Counted from the first letter of the stretch, positions 18,137 to 28,234 are shown. The stretch: 49,283 bases of DNA from Candidatus Bathyarchaeota archaeon (GCA_028275385.1 JAPWUR010000001.1:1-49283), one strand, 5' to 3'. Numbers and translations are program-made. Notes: generated from the sequence alone by a model not told the origin.

Positions 18137-18853
18137 CTAATGGCTGATCCTCTCGTAGCGCGGGAGGGGCATGCCGAAGAGGTATCTTATCCAGTTCAAC
18201 GTCCAGTAAAGGTAGCTCCTAAGGTAGCCGTAAATCCTATATCGCCTCGGCGACTCCCTCACGGCGAATCCCTTGGGCAGGAACACCACCTTGCCCAGCT
18301 TGCTGATCCTCGCTATCATATCGCAATCCTCAACGGACTCCAAATCCTCCCTATAGCCCCCAACCCGCTCGAAGGCCCATCTCCTGAAGGCTTGGAATTC
18401 CCCCTTTCCGTTCGGCATTATCTTGAGCGATAGCCTCATCCTCAGGTTCATGAATGCGTGCCAGAAGCGATCGGAGAAGGTCTCCTCCTCCGGATAGACC
18501 CTAACGTCCGCCAACGCGGCCACGACCCTTTGATCCGAGAAGGCCTCCAAAAGCCTCTTCCTGGTATCGAGCGGGACCACCACATCCGGATCGATGGAGA
18601 CTATTATATCGCCGCTAGCCGCCCTGGCGCCGATATTCCTCGCCTTGCCGAAGGTCTCCACCTTGGGCATGCGTATGAGCTTGTCGGCGTATTTCTCGGC
18701 TATGCTCAAGGACCCGTCCCAGCTCCCCTCATCAACGACTATCAGCTCGTCCCCATCCTCGAGTATGGCCCTGAGCCTCCTCAGGCTCCTCTCCAGGACC
18801 CTTTCCTCATTGAAGACATGGACGACGTAGCTTATCCTGATCCCCATCGCCAT
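18137..18853 (-). CDS. glycosyltransferase family 2
   Basis: ISYVVHVFNEERVLERSLRRL...LIVVDEGSWDGS is the GT2 N-terminal GT-A signature. Confidence 0.8.
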   Translation of the reverse strand: MAMGIRISYVVHVFNEERVLERSLRRLRAILEDGDELIVVDEGSWDGSLSIAEKYADKLIRMPKVETFGKARNIGARAASGDIIVSIDPDVVVPLDTRKRLLEAFSDQRVVAALADVRVYPEEETFSDRFWHAFMNLRMRLSLKIMPNGKGEFQAFRRWAFERVGGYREDLESVEDCDMIARISKLGKVVFLPKGFAVRESPRRYRIYGYLRSYLYWTLNWIRYLFGMPLPRYERISH

Positions 18854-19033
18854 CCTACGGAATTGGGGTGGGGCTGGATCCTTTAGCCTTAACGGTTCGA
18901 AATGGGGGGGCGTTCAACCGAGCCAAGCCCGATTGGGCTCGATGAGGAGGGGATAATGGGCGAAATGGCCGGGCATCGCGCAATATTAATTTGGGGGCCC
19001 TTTGCGAAGGGATCGAATCGAGGACGGTTCGAG

Positions 19034-19606
19034 ATGGATCTAAAACAGGTGGAATCGCTGATACAGTCGACCCTCGTCCCCGTCGTGATGATCTCTGGGT
19101 GCGGCCTCATCGCCCTGGTGGTTCAAACGCGATACGGGAGGATAATCGATAGGATAAGGGCGCTAAGCGAGGAGAGGAGGAGGCTGTCCGAGGGGCTCGG
19201 CGGGATAGCCCATCATGGCGATCCTGAGGATCGCTTGAGGGCCATAGAAGCCCAGATGGCGACCTTGGTCAGGAGGGGCCTATTGGTTAAGCGCTCCCTG
19301 TTCTTCATAGCCTCTTCGGTCTTCTCCTTCGTCCTAACCTCTTTCCTCCTCTACCTAGCCTACGTCTCGGGCGCCCCATTGGATCGATTATTCGCCTTCC
19401 TCACGCCGCTGGCCTTCCTGGCCGGGATGACGTTCCTATTGATCGGGATGATCGCCATGGTTTTGGAGGTCGCGGCGTCGTATAGTTCCACCTTGGCCGA
19501 GGTTGGGATGGGGCCCGGCGGCAGGGGTGATGGATCTGGGGGGGTAAATGTGCCAACCGCGAGCCGCCCCGGCATCGCAGCGGGGCTCCCCGGTGATGCG
19601 GATTGA
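19034..19606 (+). CDS. DUF2721-like membrane protein
   Basis: MDLKQVESLIQSTLVPVVMISGCGLIALVVQTRYGRIIDRIRALSEER... plus C-terminal TM helices. The internal ATG at 19034 is preferred over 18902. Confidence 0.6.
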   Translation: MDLKQVESLIQSTLVPVVMISGCGLIALVVQTRYGRIIDRIRALSEERRRLSEGLGGIAHHGDPEDRLRAIEAQMATLVRRGLLVKRSLFFIASSVFSFVLTSFLLYLAYVSGAPLDRLFAFLTPLAFLAGMTFLLIGMIAMVLEVAASYSSTLAEVGMGPGGRGDGSGGVNVPTASRPGIAAGLPGDAD

Positions 19607-19755
19607 AGCGCGTTTGCGTTTGCCCCAAATGCGGCTTCAAATTCGATATAAGCTATGGCAGGGCTTTCGCGTGCTCCGGTTGCCAATCGGCGAGCATGGG
19701 GGATTGCGGCTACGCCAAATGCCCAAAATGCGGCCACGAGTTCCCCACCTCCTGA
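19603..19755 (+). CDS. small zinc-ribbon protein (50 codons, two CPKCG knuckles)
   Basis: Below the 60-aa cutoff of the ORF track. Frame 1 reads (TTG)KRVCVCPKCGFKFDISYGRAFACSGCQSASMGDCGYAKCPKCGHEFPTS*. The TTG start overlaps the upstream TGA stop as TTGA. Confidence 0.55.
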   Translation: MKRVCVCPKCGFKFDISYGRAFACSGCQSASMGDCGYAKCPKCGHEFPTS

Positions 19756-19858
19756 AGGCGCCCGGGGAGCGCGATCGCATCGAGCCGACGCCGCGCGGGA
19801 GGGGGCATCCACGGGCCCGGAGCCCGAGGGGGTCCCGGGGATCGATGTCCTCGTCGGG

Positions 19859-21151
19859 ATGCTTTGCTATGCGACAAGAGCCGAGGGCATCGGGGGGAGG
19901 CTCAGGGCCGAGCCCAGCGATTTCATCGTCAGGGAGCGCTTGTTGGATGGATCGATCGCGGACGAGCGCTTCCCGGGGAAGGGTTTATCCGGGAGCGGCG
20001 GCTTCCTGCGCTGCATCCTCGTAAAGGCGAATGTGGACCATTTCTCCGCCATCGAGCTCGCGGCCAAGGCAATGGGGTGCAAGCCGAGGGACGTTGGATT
20101 CGCCGGCATAAAGGACAAGAGGGCCCTCACCGCCCAGTTCGTGACCTTCCCCGCTGAGGGGGTTCGAGCCAAGGGGGCCGATGTCAAGGCGATCGACGGC
20201 GTGAGGGTGATCCCGGAGGCGTTCGTGGGCGATAGGCTTCGCCCCGGGAGCTCGGCCGGGAATTTCTTCGAGATAAGGGTCAGGGACCCCCGCCCGGATC
20301 GGATGGATCCCATGGAGGCCTTGGAGGAGCTGGGCGCCTTAGGGGGAGCGCCCAACTTCTACGGATACCAAAGGTTCGGAACGGTGAGGCCGATAACGCA
20401 TATCGTGGGGAGGGCCCTGGCGAAGGGGGATCTATGGGGGGCCCTCATGGAGTTCCTGGCGAGGCCCTTCGAAGGGGAGCCGCCGGATGCCTTCTCGGCC
20501 AGGATGGAGCTCTATGAGGGCGGCGATTTCGCCAAGGCCCTCTCGGCTTATCCGAGGCGCTTGCGCTTCGAAAGGATCGCATTGAGGGCCCTAAATCGCA
20601 ACCCATCGGATCCGCTCGGGGCCTTTAGGCGATTGCCCCATGGTTTGAGGAGGCTCTTCGTCGAGGCCTATCAATCCTATCTTTTCAATAGGGTTTTGAG
20701 CGAGCGCATTCGGAGGGGCCTCGGGCTCCAGTTCGTCGAGGAGGGGGATCTTGTATCGCCCCTGGCCGCGGATGGATTGCCCCAGGGGGAGCCGGAGCCG
20801 GTTAGGGATCCGGAGGCTGCGAACCTCGCCATTGAGGAGGGGAGGGCGTGCCTGGTGATCCCGGTGTTCGGCTACGCCGTGAAGCTATCGGAGGGGGCGC
20901 AGGGGGAGATCGAGAGGGAGATCTTAAGGGAGGAGGGGATTTCGCTCAAGTCGTTCTACATAGGCGCCATGCCCGAGGCCAGTTGCGCTGGGAAATATAG
21001 GAGGGCCCTCCTGCCAATAACGGATCTTCGATGCGAGAGGCTTGGCGAGGGGGATCTCAAATTCAAGTTCTTCCTAACGAGGGAGGGTTACGCTACGGCG
21101 GTGATGAGGGAGCTCATCAAGCCCGAAGATCCGGCGGGTCAAGGCTTCTGA
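19859..21151 (+). CDS. truD: tRNA pseudouridine synthase TruD/Pus7 family
   Basis: MLCYATRAEGIGGRLRAEPSDFIVRE... and the catalytic-Asp motif GIKDKRALTAQ. The ORF extension back to 19655 is low-complexity and overlaps the zinc-ribbon ORF. Confidence 0.8.
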   Translation: MLCYATRAEGIGGRLRAEPSDFIVRERLLDGSIADERFPGKGLSGSGGFLRCILVKANVDHFSAIELAAKAMGCKPRDVGFAGIKDKRALTAQFVTFPAEGVRAKGADVKAIDGVRVIPEAFVGDRLRPGSSAGNFFEIRVRDPRPDRMDPMEALEELGALGGAPNFYGYQRFGTVRPITHIVGRALAKGDLWGALMEFLARPFEGEPPDAFSARMELYEGGDFAKALSAYPRRLRFERIALRALNRNPSDPLGAFRRLPHGLRRLFVEAYQSYLFNRVLSERIRRGLGLQFVEEGDLVSPLAADGLPQGEPEPVRDPEAANLAIEEGRACLVIPVFGYAVKLSEGAQGEIEREILREEGISLKSFYIGAMPEASCAGKYRRALLPITDLRCERLGEGDLKFKFFLTREGYATAVMRELIKPEDPAGQGF

Positions 21152-21161
21152 AGGGCGCGAT

Positions 21162-22181
21162 TCAGGATCGAAGGTGGCAAGCTGCGTAATGCGAGCGTTC
21201 CGCCTCGATCAACTCGGGCTCCTCCCTTTTGCAAAGGGGCATGGCGAGCGGGCAGCGCGGATGGAGCCTGCAACCGCTTGGGGGATCGGCTGGATCCGGG
21301 GGTTCCCCCCTCATCCCTATCGGGATCCTCCTATGCCTATTCCCGGGATCCGGCTCCGGGATGGCCCTCAGCAGGGCCTCGGTGTATGGGCTGAGGGGGT
21401 TCTTCAATACGGCATCGATGGGCCCGATCTCCAAGATCTTCCCAAGATACATCACGGCCAACGTGTCGGCGAAATGCCTGACCATCGATAGATCATGGGT
21501 TATGTAAACGTAGGCGATCCCATATTTCTCCTTGAGCGAGGTTAGGAGGTCGAGTATCCCAGCCCTTATGGATAGATCGAGCATCGAAACCGGCTCATCG
21601 GCGACTATCAACCTAGGCCTCAGGATCAGGGCCCGCGCGATCGCCACCCTCTGCCTCTGCCCCCCGGATAATTCATGGGGGCGCCTGCCGAGGAACTCCT
21701 CAGGCGGCTCGAGCTTTACCTCCCTCAACGCCTTTAAAACCAGCTCAATCCTCTCCCCCCTCCCGCCGCCAACCCCATGTATGATTAGTGGCTCCATCAA
21801 GGCGTCCAGGATCGTGAGCCTCGGGTCGAGCGAGGAATATGGGTCTTGGAGGATCATTTGCGCCCGGCGCCTAAACGCCCTTAATGCCCCCCCATCCAAT
21901 CTCGCCAAATCCCTGCCCTCGAAGAGGATCGAACCGCCATCCGGCTTGATGGCCCCGACGAGGAGCTTGCCGGTCGTGGTCTTCCCGCAGCCCGATTCGC
22001 CCGCGAGCACAAGCGTCTCCCCCTCCCTTAGATCGAGCGAGACGCCATCGACCGCCCTCAAGGCCCTCGGTGGGCGCCCCCTCAGGAGGTCGATGAAGCC
22101 CCTTCGAAGGGGGAACCATTTCCTCAGGTCCCTGGCCGATAGGAGCTGTTTGCCCCCATGCGGGCCCCATTCGCCCAACAT
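21162..22181 (-). CDS. peptide/nickel-type ABC transporter ATP-binding protein (OppF/DppF-like)
   Basis: Walker A GESGCGKTT, signature LSGGQRQR, Walker B LIVADEP, and the C-terminal oligopeptide-type extension with CxxHPRC. Confidence 0.85.
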   Translation of the reverse strand: MLGEWGPHGGKQLLSARDLRKWFPLRRGFIDLLRGRPPRALRAVDGVSLDLREGETLVLAGESGCGKTTTGKLLVGAIKPDGGSILFEGRDLARLDGGALRAFRRRAQMILQDPYSSLDPRLTILDALMEPLIIHGVGGGRGERIELVLKALREVKLEPPEEFLGRRPHELSGGQRQRVAIARALILRPRLIVADEPVSMLDLSIRAGILDLLTSLKEKYGIAYVYITHDLSMVRHFADTLAVMYLGKILEIGPIDAVLKNPLSPYTEALLRAIPEPDPGNRHRRIPIGMRGEPPDPADPPSGCRLHPRCPLAMPLCKREEPELIEAERSHYAACHLRS

Positions 22182-22198
22182 CGATCACCGGGATCCGA

Positions 22199-23152
22199 TC
22201 ATCCGTAGAGCCAGCAACGAACGCTGTGGCCGGCCCCCAGTTCCACCATCGGCGGGGGGCGCTCGCAAGCCGGGATCGCCGCCGAGCACCTTGGGCCGAA
22301 CCTGCACCCCTTTGGGGGGTTCCCCAAGTCCGGGGGATGGCCCGGTATCGAGGCGATCTTGCTCCCCCCTCGGATCCTCGGCGCCGCCGCCATGAGCCCC
22401 TTCGTATAAGGGTGTTTGGGGCTCGAATATATCAAATCCGAAGGGCCCAACTCCACGATCTCCCCCGCGTACATCACGGCGATCGCATCCGCTATCTCCG
22501 ATATCACCCCCAGGTCATGCGTTAGGAGCATTATGGAGATCCCCAGCCTCTCCCTCAAATCCTTCAAGAGATTGAGTATCTGGGCTTGGACTATGACGTC
22601 CAATGCCGTAGTCGGCTCGTCGGCGATCAATATTTCCGGCCTCAGCGCCAAGGCCATCGCTATCATCACCCTTTGCCTCATTCCCCCGCTGAGCTCATGG
22701 GGATATCGATCCATCAAATCCCCGCCCAAGCCGACCTCCTCCAAGGCCTCGATGGAGAGCCTCCGCGCCTCCCCCTTCGATAAGCCCAAGCGATATATGA
22801 GCGGCTCCGAGAGCTGATGCCCAATCGTATAAACCGGGCTGAGCGCGTTCATGGCCCCTTGGAAGACCATCGATATCCTCCTCCACCTTATGCTTCTACC
22901 GAACTCCCCCTCCGTGAGGCCCATGAGGTCGACCCCGTCGAGCCTCACGGCTCCGGAAACGATCCTGCCGGGGGAGGGGAGGAGCCTTAGGAGCGCGAGG
23001 CCCAGGGTCGATTTCCCGCAGCCCGATTCGCCCACGAACCCGATAGATGAGCCCCCCTTGAGCTCGAAGGATACCCCATCGACGGCCCTTATGGGCGGCC
23101 TATCGGCCGGGAAGTAGTAGGCCCTCAATCCCTCGACCTCGAGCCCCCCCAT
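22199..23152 (-). CDS. peptide/nickel-type ABC transporter ATP-binding protein (OppD/DppD-like)
   Basis: Walker A GESGCGKST, signature LSGGMRQR, Walker B LIADEPTTALD. Confidence 0.85.
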   Translation of the reverse strand: MGGLEVEGLRAYYFPADRPPIRAVDGVSFELKGGSSIGFVGESGCGKSTLGLALLRLLPSPGRIVSGAVRLDGVDLMGLTEGEFGRSIRWRRISMVFQGAMNALSPVYTIGHQLSEPLIYRLGLSKGEARRLSIEALEEVGLGGDLMDRYPHELSGGMRQRVMIAMALALRPEILIADEPTTALDVIVQAQILNLLKDLRERLGISIMLLTHDLGVISEIADAIAVMYAGEIVELGPSDLIYSSPKHPYTKGLMAAAPRIRGGSKIASIPGHPPDLGNPPKGCRFGPRCSAAIPACERPPPMVELGAGHSVRCWLYG

Positions 23153-23155
23153 CGC

Positions 23156-24565
23156 TCAGATCCCCCTCATCCTAGGATTCAGGGCCCTATCCAATGCGTA
23201 TCCAATCATCACGAACGCCAAGCTGGATAGGGCCAACATCATGCCGGGCGAGAGGGCCCACCACCAGAGCCCCCTGGCCGCGGCGCCGTGGAGCTGGGCA
23301 TCGTGGAGGATTTGCCCCCATGTGGGCACCCTCGGATCCCCCAACCCGAGGAAGCTCAAGCCCGCTTCGGCGAGGATCGCCGCGGGCACCGAGAGGGCGA
23401 TGTTGGCTATGGCATATGGGATCAATTGGGGGACGATGTGCCTGAATATCACCCTCCAGCTCGAGGCGCCCAAGAGCTCGACGGCCTCTATATATGGCGC
23501 GGCCTTGATCTGCAGGGCGGCGCTCCTAGCCACCTTCGCTATGCCAACCCAACCGAATAGGATCAGATAGGCTATAACGTATAGCAAGCTCCTGCCCAAG
23601 GAGAGCGCCAGGAGGATCAGGAATGGGAGCGCCGGTATTGCGTATGCAACGTCATTGAGCCTCATCATTAGTTCGTCGAGGCGCCCCCCATGATATCCGC
23701 TTATCACGCCATAGGCCAAGCCGATCAGCGCGGAGAGGACCGCGACCGATATGCCTATGGATAGTGCTATCGGCGTGCCCCACAATATCCCCACCGATAG
23801 ATCCCTCCTGAGGTCGTCGGTGCCGAATAGCCCGAATACCTTACCGCCTATCACCAAGCTGCTCGAGATGACGTCGTCTTGATCCCCGAGGAGGAAGAAG
23901 CGGGCTTGGAAGGCGTAATCGCCCTTTAGAACCCCCGTCCCCCCATCGGCCATCGATGGGCCCCCTTTGGCGAATATCATCCGCTCGGGCGAGATCCCAT
24001 CGGGGCTCGCGAGGATCCCAAGCCTTTCGGCCAAATGATTCGCCAAATTGACCCTCAGGTTCCTATCGGTCGAGAATATGGCCGAGTCATACGCGCGGGC
24101 CTCCGATCCCTCCGACCTCGGGGGCATGGCGCTCCTCGCCAAGAGCATGCGAACGCCATCCGGCCTTTCAGCCGAGAGCTCCACCAGCGGCGGAGACGCG
24201 CCATACTTTAGCGAGAATTTGAAAAGGAAGTCATCTGGGAAGGCCTCATAGGGAAATGCGAAGCGAAAGGTATGCGTTATTACCTTTACGCGGCCGATCG
24301 CCGAGCGATCGATGATCGGATCCTTGAGGACCAGGTGCTCTGGCAACTTTAGGCCGGTTATGTAATTCACCCATGCCGGCGGCGCGGCCTTGGGATATTC
24401 GGACCAATAAGATGGATTGTTCCATTGCCCATAGGCATCGAGCGGTACCAAAGCGATCGCCATGGCGGAGAGCGCCAAGAGCGAGGCGAGAAGCGCCAAG
24501 CCCGCCAAGCCCGATCTATATCTCCGGTATTCCTTCCACAGGGATCCAACGGGGAGCGCGCTCAA
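23156..24565 (-). CDS. ABC transporter permease (OppC/DppC-like, long extracytoplasmic N-terminal loop)
   Basis: BPD_transp_1-type core (ALSIGISVAVLSALIGLAYGVISGY..., EAVELLGASSWRVIFRHIVP) follows a ~230-aa loop after TM1. Confidence 0.8.
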   Translation of the reverse strand: MSALPVGSLWKEYRRYRSGLAGLALLASLLALSAMAIALVPLDAYGQWNNPSYWSEYPKAAPPAWVNYITGLKLPEHLVLKDPIIDRSAIGRVKVITHTFRFAFPYEAFPDDFLFKFSLKYGASPPLVELSAERPDGVRMLLARSAMPPRSEGSEARAYDSAIFSTDRNLRVNLANHLAERLGILASPDGISPERMIFAKGGPSMADGGTGVLKGDYAFQARFFLLGDQDDVISSSLVIGGKVFGLFGTDDLRRDLSVGILWGTPIALSIGISVAVLSALIGLAYGVISGYHGGRLDELMMRLNDVAYAIPALPFLILLALSLGRSLLYVIAYLILFGWVGIAKVARSAALQIKAAPYIEAVELLGASSWRVIFRHIVPQLIPYAIANIALSVPAAILAEAGLSFLGLGDPRVPTWGQILHDAQLHGAAARGLWWWALSPGMMLALSSLAFVMIGYALDRALNPRMRGI

Positions 24566-24580
24566 CGGACCGCCAACCCC

Positions 24581-25633
24581 CTATCCGATCCTTATCCTTG
24601 GATCGAGGATGCCGTAGAGGATATCCGCCATGAATACGCTCAGGAGGAATACTAGCGTCGAAACGTACGTCAAGCCCACTATCACGGGGACGTCGAGCAG
24701 GCCGATCGCCTCCCAATAGAGCCTCCCGAGGCCCGGCCAATCGAAGACCGCCTCCGTTATCATCGCCCCGCCGAAGGACCCGGATAGCGCCAAGGCCATC
24801 ATGGTTACGATCGGGGGGGCCGCGCTCCTGAGCGCATGCCCATATAGGATCCTCCCCTCCGGGACCCCCTTGGCCCTGGCGACCATTATGTAATCCTCCT
24901 GGAGCATCCCGACCATCAAATTCCTAACCATATAGGCCCAGCCCCCGAAGCCCATAGAGACCATGGTGAGCAGGGGCAATGCCATGTGATAGAGGAGCGC
25001 CGCGGGGTACGCGGGATCCGCCGGCGGGATCGGGGGGGTCGCCCTAGCCGGGAATATCCTGAGCGTATAGGAGAATAGGAGTATCGCGAGCATCCCGATC
25101 CACCAAAGCGGGAAGCTATTGCTGATCGCGGCATACCCCATCACGATCTTATCCAAAAGCGAGCCGGCCCTCTTGGCCGCCGCGGCCCCGATGAGGATCC
25201 CCAAGATCGCCGTCAAGAGGGTGGCGGTCCCGAAGAGCAATACGGTCCTAGGGAGGCTCTCCAATATTATATCCCTTACGTTGGAGGATCCCCCATATCC
25301 CCTGATGTAATAGGATTGGCCGAAATCCAATGTCATGACCCTTATCGCGATCGTCCAGAGCCTTTTGGGCGAATACCAAGGGTCGTTCAGGCCCATGGAG
25401 GATATCCTCCCCTGGACCTGGGATTTGACGTAATCCTCCAACTCCCCGGGGTCCTTGAACTTCCCGACCAATTCCTTGTTTTGGAGTATCTCGGTCCTCG
25501 TCTCCTGCTCTATCGCCCTCTTGAGGATCGCATCGGCCGAGGGCCCGAGTATCGCCATCGTTAACAAAACCGTAATCAGCAATATAGCCGCCATGTTGAG
25601 GGCCCTTTGGATCAAAAATCCCTTCAATGCCAT
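24581..25633 (-). CDS. ABC transporter permease (OppB/DppB-like)
   Basis: MALKGFLIQRALNMAAILLITVLL... and EDYIMVARAKGVPEGRILYGHALRSA (EAA-type loop). Confidence 0.85.
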   Translation of the reverse strand: MALKGFLIQRALNMAAILLITVLLTMAILGPSADAILKRAIEQETRTEILQNKELVGKFKDPGELEDYVKSQVQGRISSMGLNDPWYSPKRLWTIAIRVMTLDFGQSYYIRGYGGSSNVRDIILESLPRTVLLFGTATLLTAILGILIGAAAAKRAGSLLDKIVMGYAAISNSFPLWWIGMLAILLFSYTLRIFPARATPPIPPADPAYPAALLYHMALPLLTMVSMGFGGWAYMVRNLMVGMLQEDYIMVARAKGVPEGRILYGHALRSAAPPIVTMMALALSGSFGGAMITEAVFDWPGLGRLYWEAIGLLDVPVIVGLTYVSTLVFLLSVFMADILYGILDPRIRIG

Positions 25634-25636
25634 TGC

Positions 25637-28222
25637 TCATCCCCCATTCCCGAAGCGGCGCCAATGGCGCCTCGATCTCGCTAGCTTCAGGAGGAGCGCC
25701 ACGAGCGCCGCGATCAGCGCCAATGGGAACGCTATTGCCAGGCTGGGGGAAATCCGCCCCAAGGCACCCCCGGGCTGCTGCGCGGGCTTGGCCCCGCTTG
25801 GGGGCTCGGGGATGGGCTCCTCCGATAATAGGAAGGCCGTTTCGAAGATCGATGGCTTTATGGCCTCCCGAGCGATGGCGGATATCCTCAGCGCATAGGA
25901 TCCGGGCTCGAGCGCGAGCGTTTCTCCCCCGCTCAGCCTTATCTCGAAGATCCCGGGCATTTCGGTTGGCTTGGCCAATCCCTTGGAAACGGTGATCCCC
26001 CTCGGGTTCATTATCCTATACGCAACGCTCGCCTCCGAGCTGGGCTCACCCCCGATCGTTACCCTTATCCTCACGATGGCCTCCCCTCCCTTCACCAAAA
26101 TGGATGGCGCGTCAACGCCGGCTATCTCCGCGGCCCTCAGGGCCTCGAACCCCTTCCATCTGCCGAGCGGTATCGGATAGCCAGGATCCTTGAACGCCCT
26201 GATGGATATCGTCCTGGCCTCAGGGTTGTAATAATCCAAATAAAAGGGCCCGTTGCTTATGACCGAATGTCCGTGGCGCTCGATCCACCCGATGGCGGCA
26301 TCGTAGCGCTTGAGGGCCTCATCCTGGGACACGTAGCCGCGGAGGGGTTTCGGGACCTCCCGACTCGATCTTAGCTCCTCCAGGGCCCCCTTCATGAGCT
26401 CCGCATCGCTCTTGACTACGAGCGATAGCCACCCCACGCCGCGCGCCTTGCTGGCGCTCTTCGAGAAGGCCGCCTTCCTCTCCACGACCAGCTTCTCCAT
26501 GGCCGCGCCTATCTCCCAAGGCGTTGAGGCCCATAAGCTCGCATAGCTGGCTATTTGATCCTCGTCGAAGTACCAATAATCCACGTAAACCTCCACGCGC
26601 TCCCCCTCGAGGAACCTAACCCCCTTCAAGGTCCTCACGAAGGGCTCGGCGCGCGGTGTATATTCTGGATCGAACGTTGGATCCCCAGGGCCCTCGTTGG
26701 TCCCCCATTCGAAGAGGAAATATAGCCAATAGAGCAGATCCGCTCGGCCCATCGCGATCCCATGATGCCAATTCCCATATTCGAGGCGGAACGATGCCTT
26801 GCTGATGGCCTTGGCCCCCTCCCCGACGGGCTTCCACGCCTCCGAGATGGGATCCCAAACCACGGCGTCGGGCGGGACGCTCAATTTGCCGCCGGGCCCA
26901 GCGGTCTCCACCTCCCAAGTCGCCCTAACGGGCAATGGCTTCCCGGTATGCGGATGTGTCCACATATCCGGATCCGCGATCGCCTGCCAAATCATCCTGG
27001 AATATACGTCGTTTAGGCCCCCGATGGGATTCCAAGACGCCTGATATATTTGCTTCATCCCTATGCGCACGATCCCCCCGGGCTCCCCCCGGAGCCTTAC
27101 GTTGACGAGGGTCCATCTGCCCGTGATCCCCGCCCCGAAATCCTCGACCACCCCCTCCGCCATTTTGTTCGTGACGTAGGGATCTATGGTCGACGCCAAA
27201 AATATCCTCACGGATTCCCCAATGCCCAACAGCGTTGCCCTCCTGAAGAGCTCCTCCCTCTCCCCCTTTGAGGTGAAGTTCCCCATCGTTATCCTCTTCG
27301 TGATCTCATCCAACGTCTCGTTCCTATAGTTCCAATAACCCGGTTCCCCGAAGCCAGGCATATAGCCGTACCAAGGGGAATACATCTGGGATAATATCAC
27401 ATTATCATATTCCGAGAACCCCGATCTGCCCCATCCCTCGGTGTATAAATGCCACCTTTGATCCCTTGGATCGGATCCATAAACCAAATCGTAGGCTTTG
27501 ACCAAATCGCCAAAGATCCTATCGACGAGGAAGCCAACCCTCTCGAGCTCGAAGGCCAGCGTTTCCCCTATGGCCTTCCTGATCGGGTCATCGCTTCGAA
27601 TGAAGAACTTGAGCACGATGCGCTCGCCGTTGAAGGCCCATTTCCCATCGATCTTCCTCGCCCCAGCGAGTTCCATAGCTTCCGAGATCTTCCTCTCGGC
27701 CGAGCCGGGATCGTAGGAGATTCCAAGGGATTCCAGATCGTCCGCGATTATTGGATAATCTGGATCGAAGGGACCGATGGGGCTCACCATGGGAACCCCG
27801 TAGCCCTTCAGGATCTCATTGACTATGTACCCCCTATCGATCAATCCATTCACCGCGCATCTAACCGCCCTTATGGAGAAGGGGTTCAACCCCCCATCCG
27901 GGGCTGGGGCCGGGTTGAGGAGCAGGCTGAGGATCCCCCCGGGCGTTTTGTGGATGCGGACGTTTGGATCCCCCCTCAGCTGGGCCGCCATCTCCAAGGG
28001 GATCCTCCAAAAGTAGGCGTGGAGGTTCCCCGATTGAACCTCCCTCACGGCCACGCTCTCGTCCAGATAGTGGATGAATTCGATGCCATCGGCATAGGCC
28101 CCCCTATGTTCGGCAGCTCGGCCCTGCGCCGCTGGGGGGATCGAGCTGGCCGCGATCACCAATAATAGAACCGATGCGAAGAGCCTTGGGGGATGCGACC
28201 CCCTCAAAGATCGCCCCCTCAT
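25637..28222 (-). CDS. ABC transporter substrate-binding protein, family 5, with C-terminal extension and membrane anchor
   Basis: 861 aa. N-terminal signal-like segment, then an SBP_bac_5-like core, an extra beta-rich domain, a Pro-rich linker (EEPIPEPPSGAKPAQQPGG), and a single C-terminal TM helix with a basic tail. Confidence 0.75.
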   Translation of the reverse strand: MRGRSLRGSHPPRLFASVLLLVIAASSIPPAAQGRAAEHRGAYADGIEFIHYLDESVAVREVQSGNLHAYFWRIPLEMAAQLRGDPNVRIHKTPGGILSLLLNPAPAPDGGLNPFSIRAVRCAVNGLIDRGYIVNEILKGYGVPMVSPIGPFDPDYPIIADDLESLGISYDPGSAERKISEAMELAGARKIDGKWAFNGERIVLKFFIRSDDPIRKAIGETLAFELERVGFLVDRIFGDLVKAYDLVYGSDPRDQRWHLYTEGWGRSGFSEYDNVILSQMYSPWYGYMPGFGEPGYWNYRNETLDEITKRITMGNFTSKGEREELFRRATLLGIGESVRIFLASTIDPYVTNKMAEGVVEDFGAGITGRWTLVNVRLRGEPGGIVRIGMKQIYQASWNPIGGLNDVYSRMIWQAIADPDMWTHPHTGKPLPVRATWEVETAGPGGKLSVPPDAVVWDPISEAWKPVGEGAKAISKASFRLEYGNWHHGIAMGRADLLYWLYFLFEWGTNEGPGDPTFDPEYTPRAEPFVRTLKGVRFLEGERVEVYVDYWYFDEDQIASYASLWASTPWEIGAAMEKLVVERKAAFSKSASKARGVGWLSLVVKSDAELMKGALEELRSSREVPKPLRGYVSQDEALKRYDAAIGWIERHGHSVISNGPFYLDYYNPEARTISIRAFKDPGYPIPLGRWKGFEALRAAEIAGVDAPSILVKGGEAIVRIRVTIGGEPSSEASVAYRIMNPRGITVSKGLAKPTEMPGIFEIRLSGGETLALEPGSYALRISAIAREAIKPSIFETAFLLSEEPIPEPPSGAKPAQQPGGALGRISPSLAIAFPLALIAALVALLLKLARSRRHWRRFGNGG

Positions 28223-28234
28223 CCCTGACGCGAT

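Noticed and set aside
18070-18146. Candidate C/D-box sRNA (GATGATG ... CTGA) in the spacer between the RNase gene and GT2.
   Set aside because: The C box is imperfect, and there are no C'/D' boxes or terminal stem. The putative D box lies inside the GT2 coding sequence, and the spacing (~73 nt) is long.
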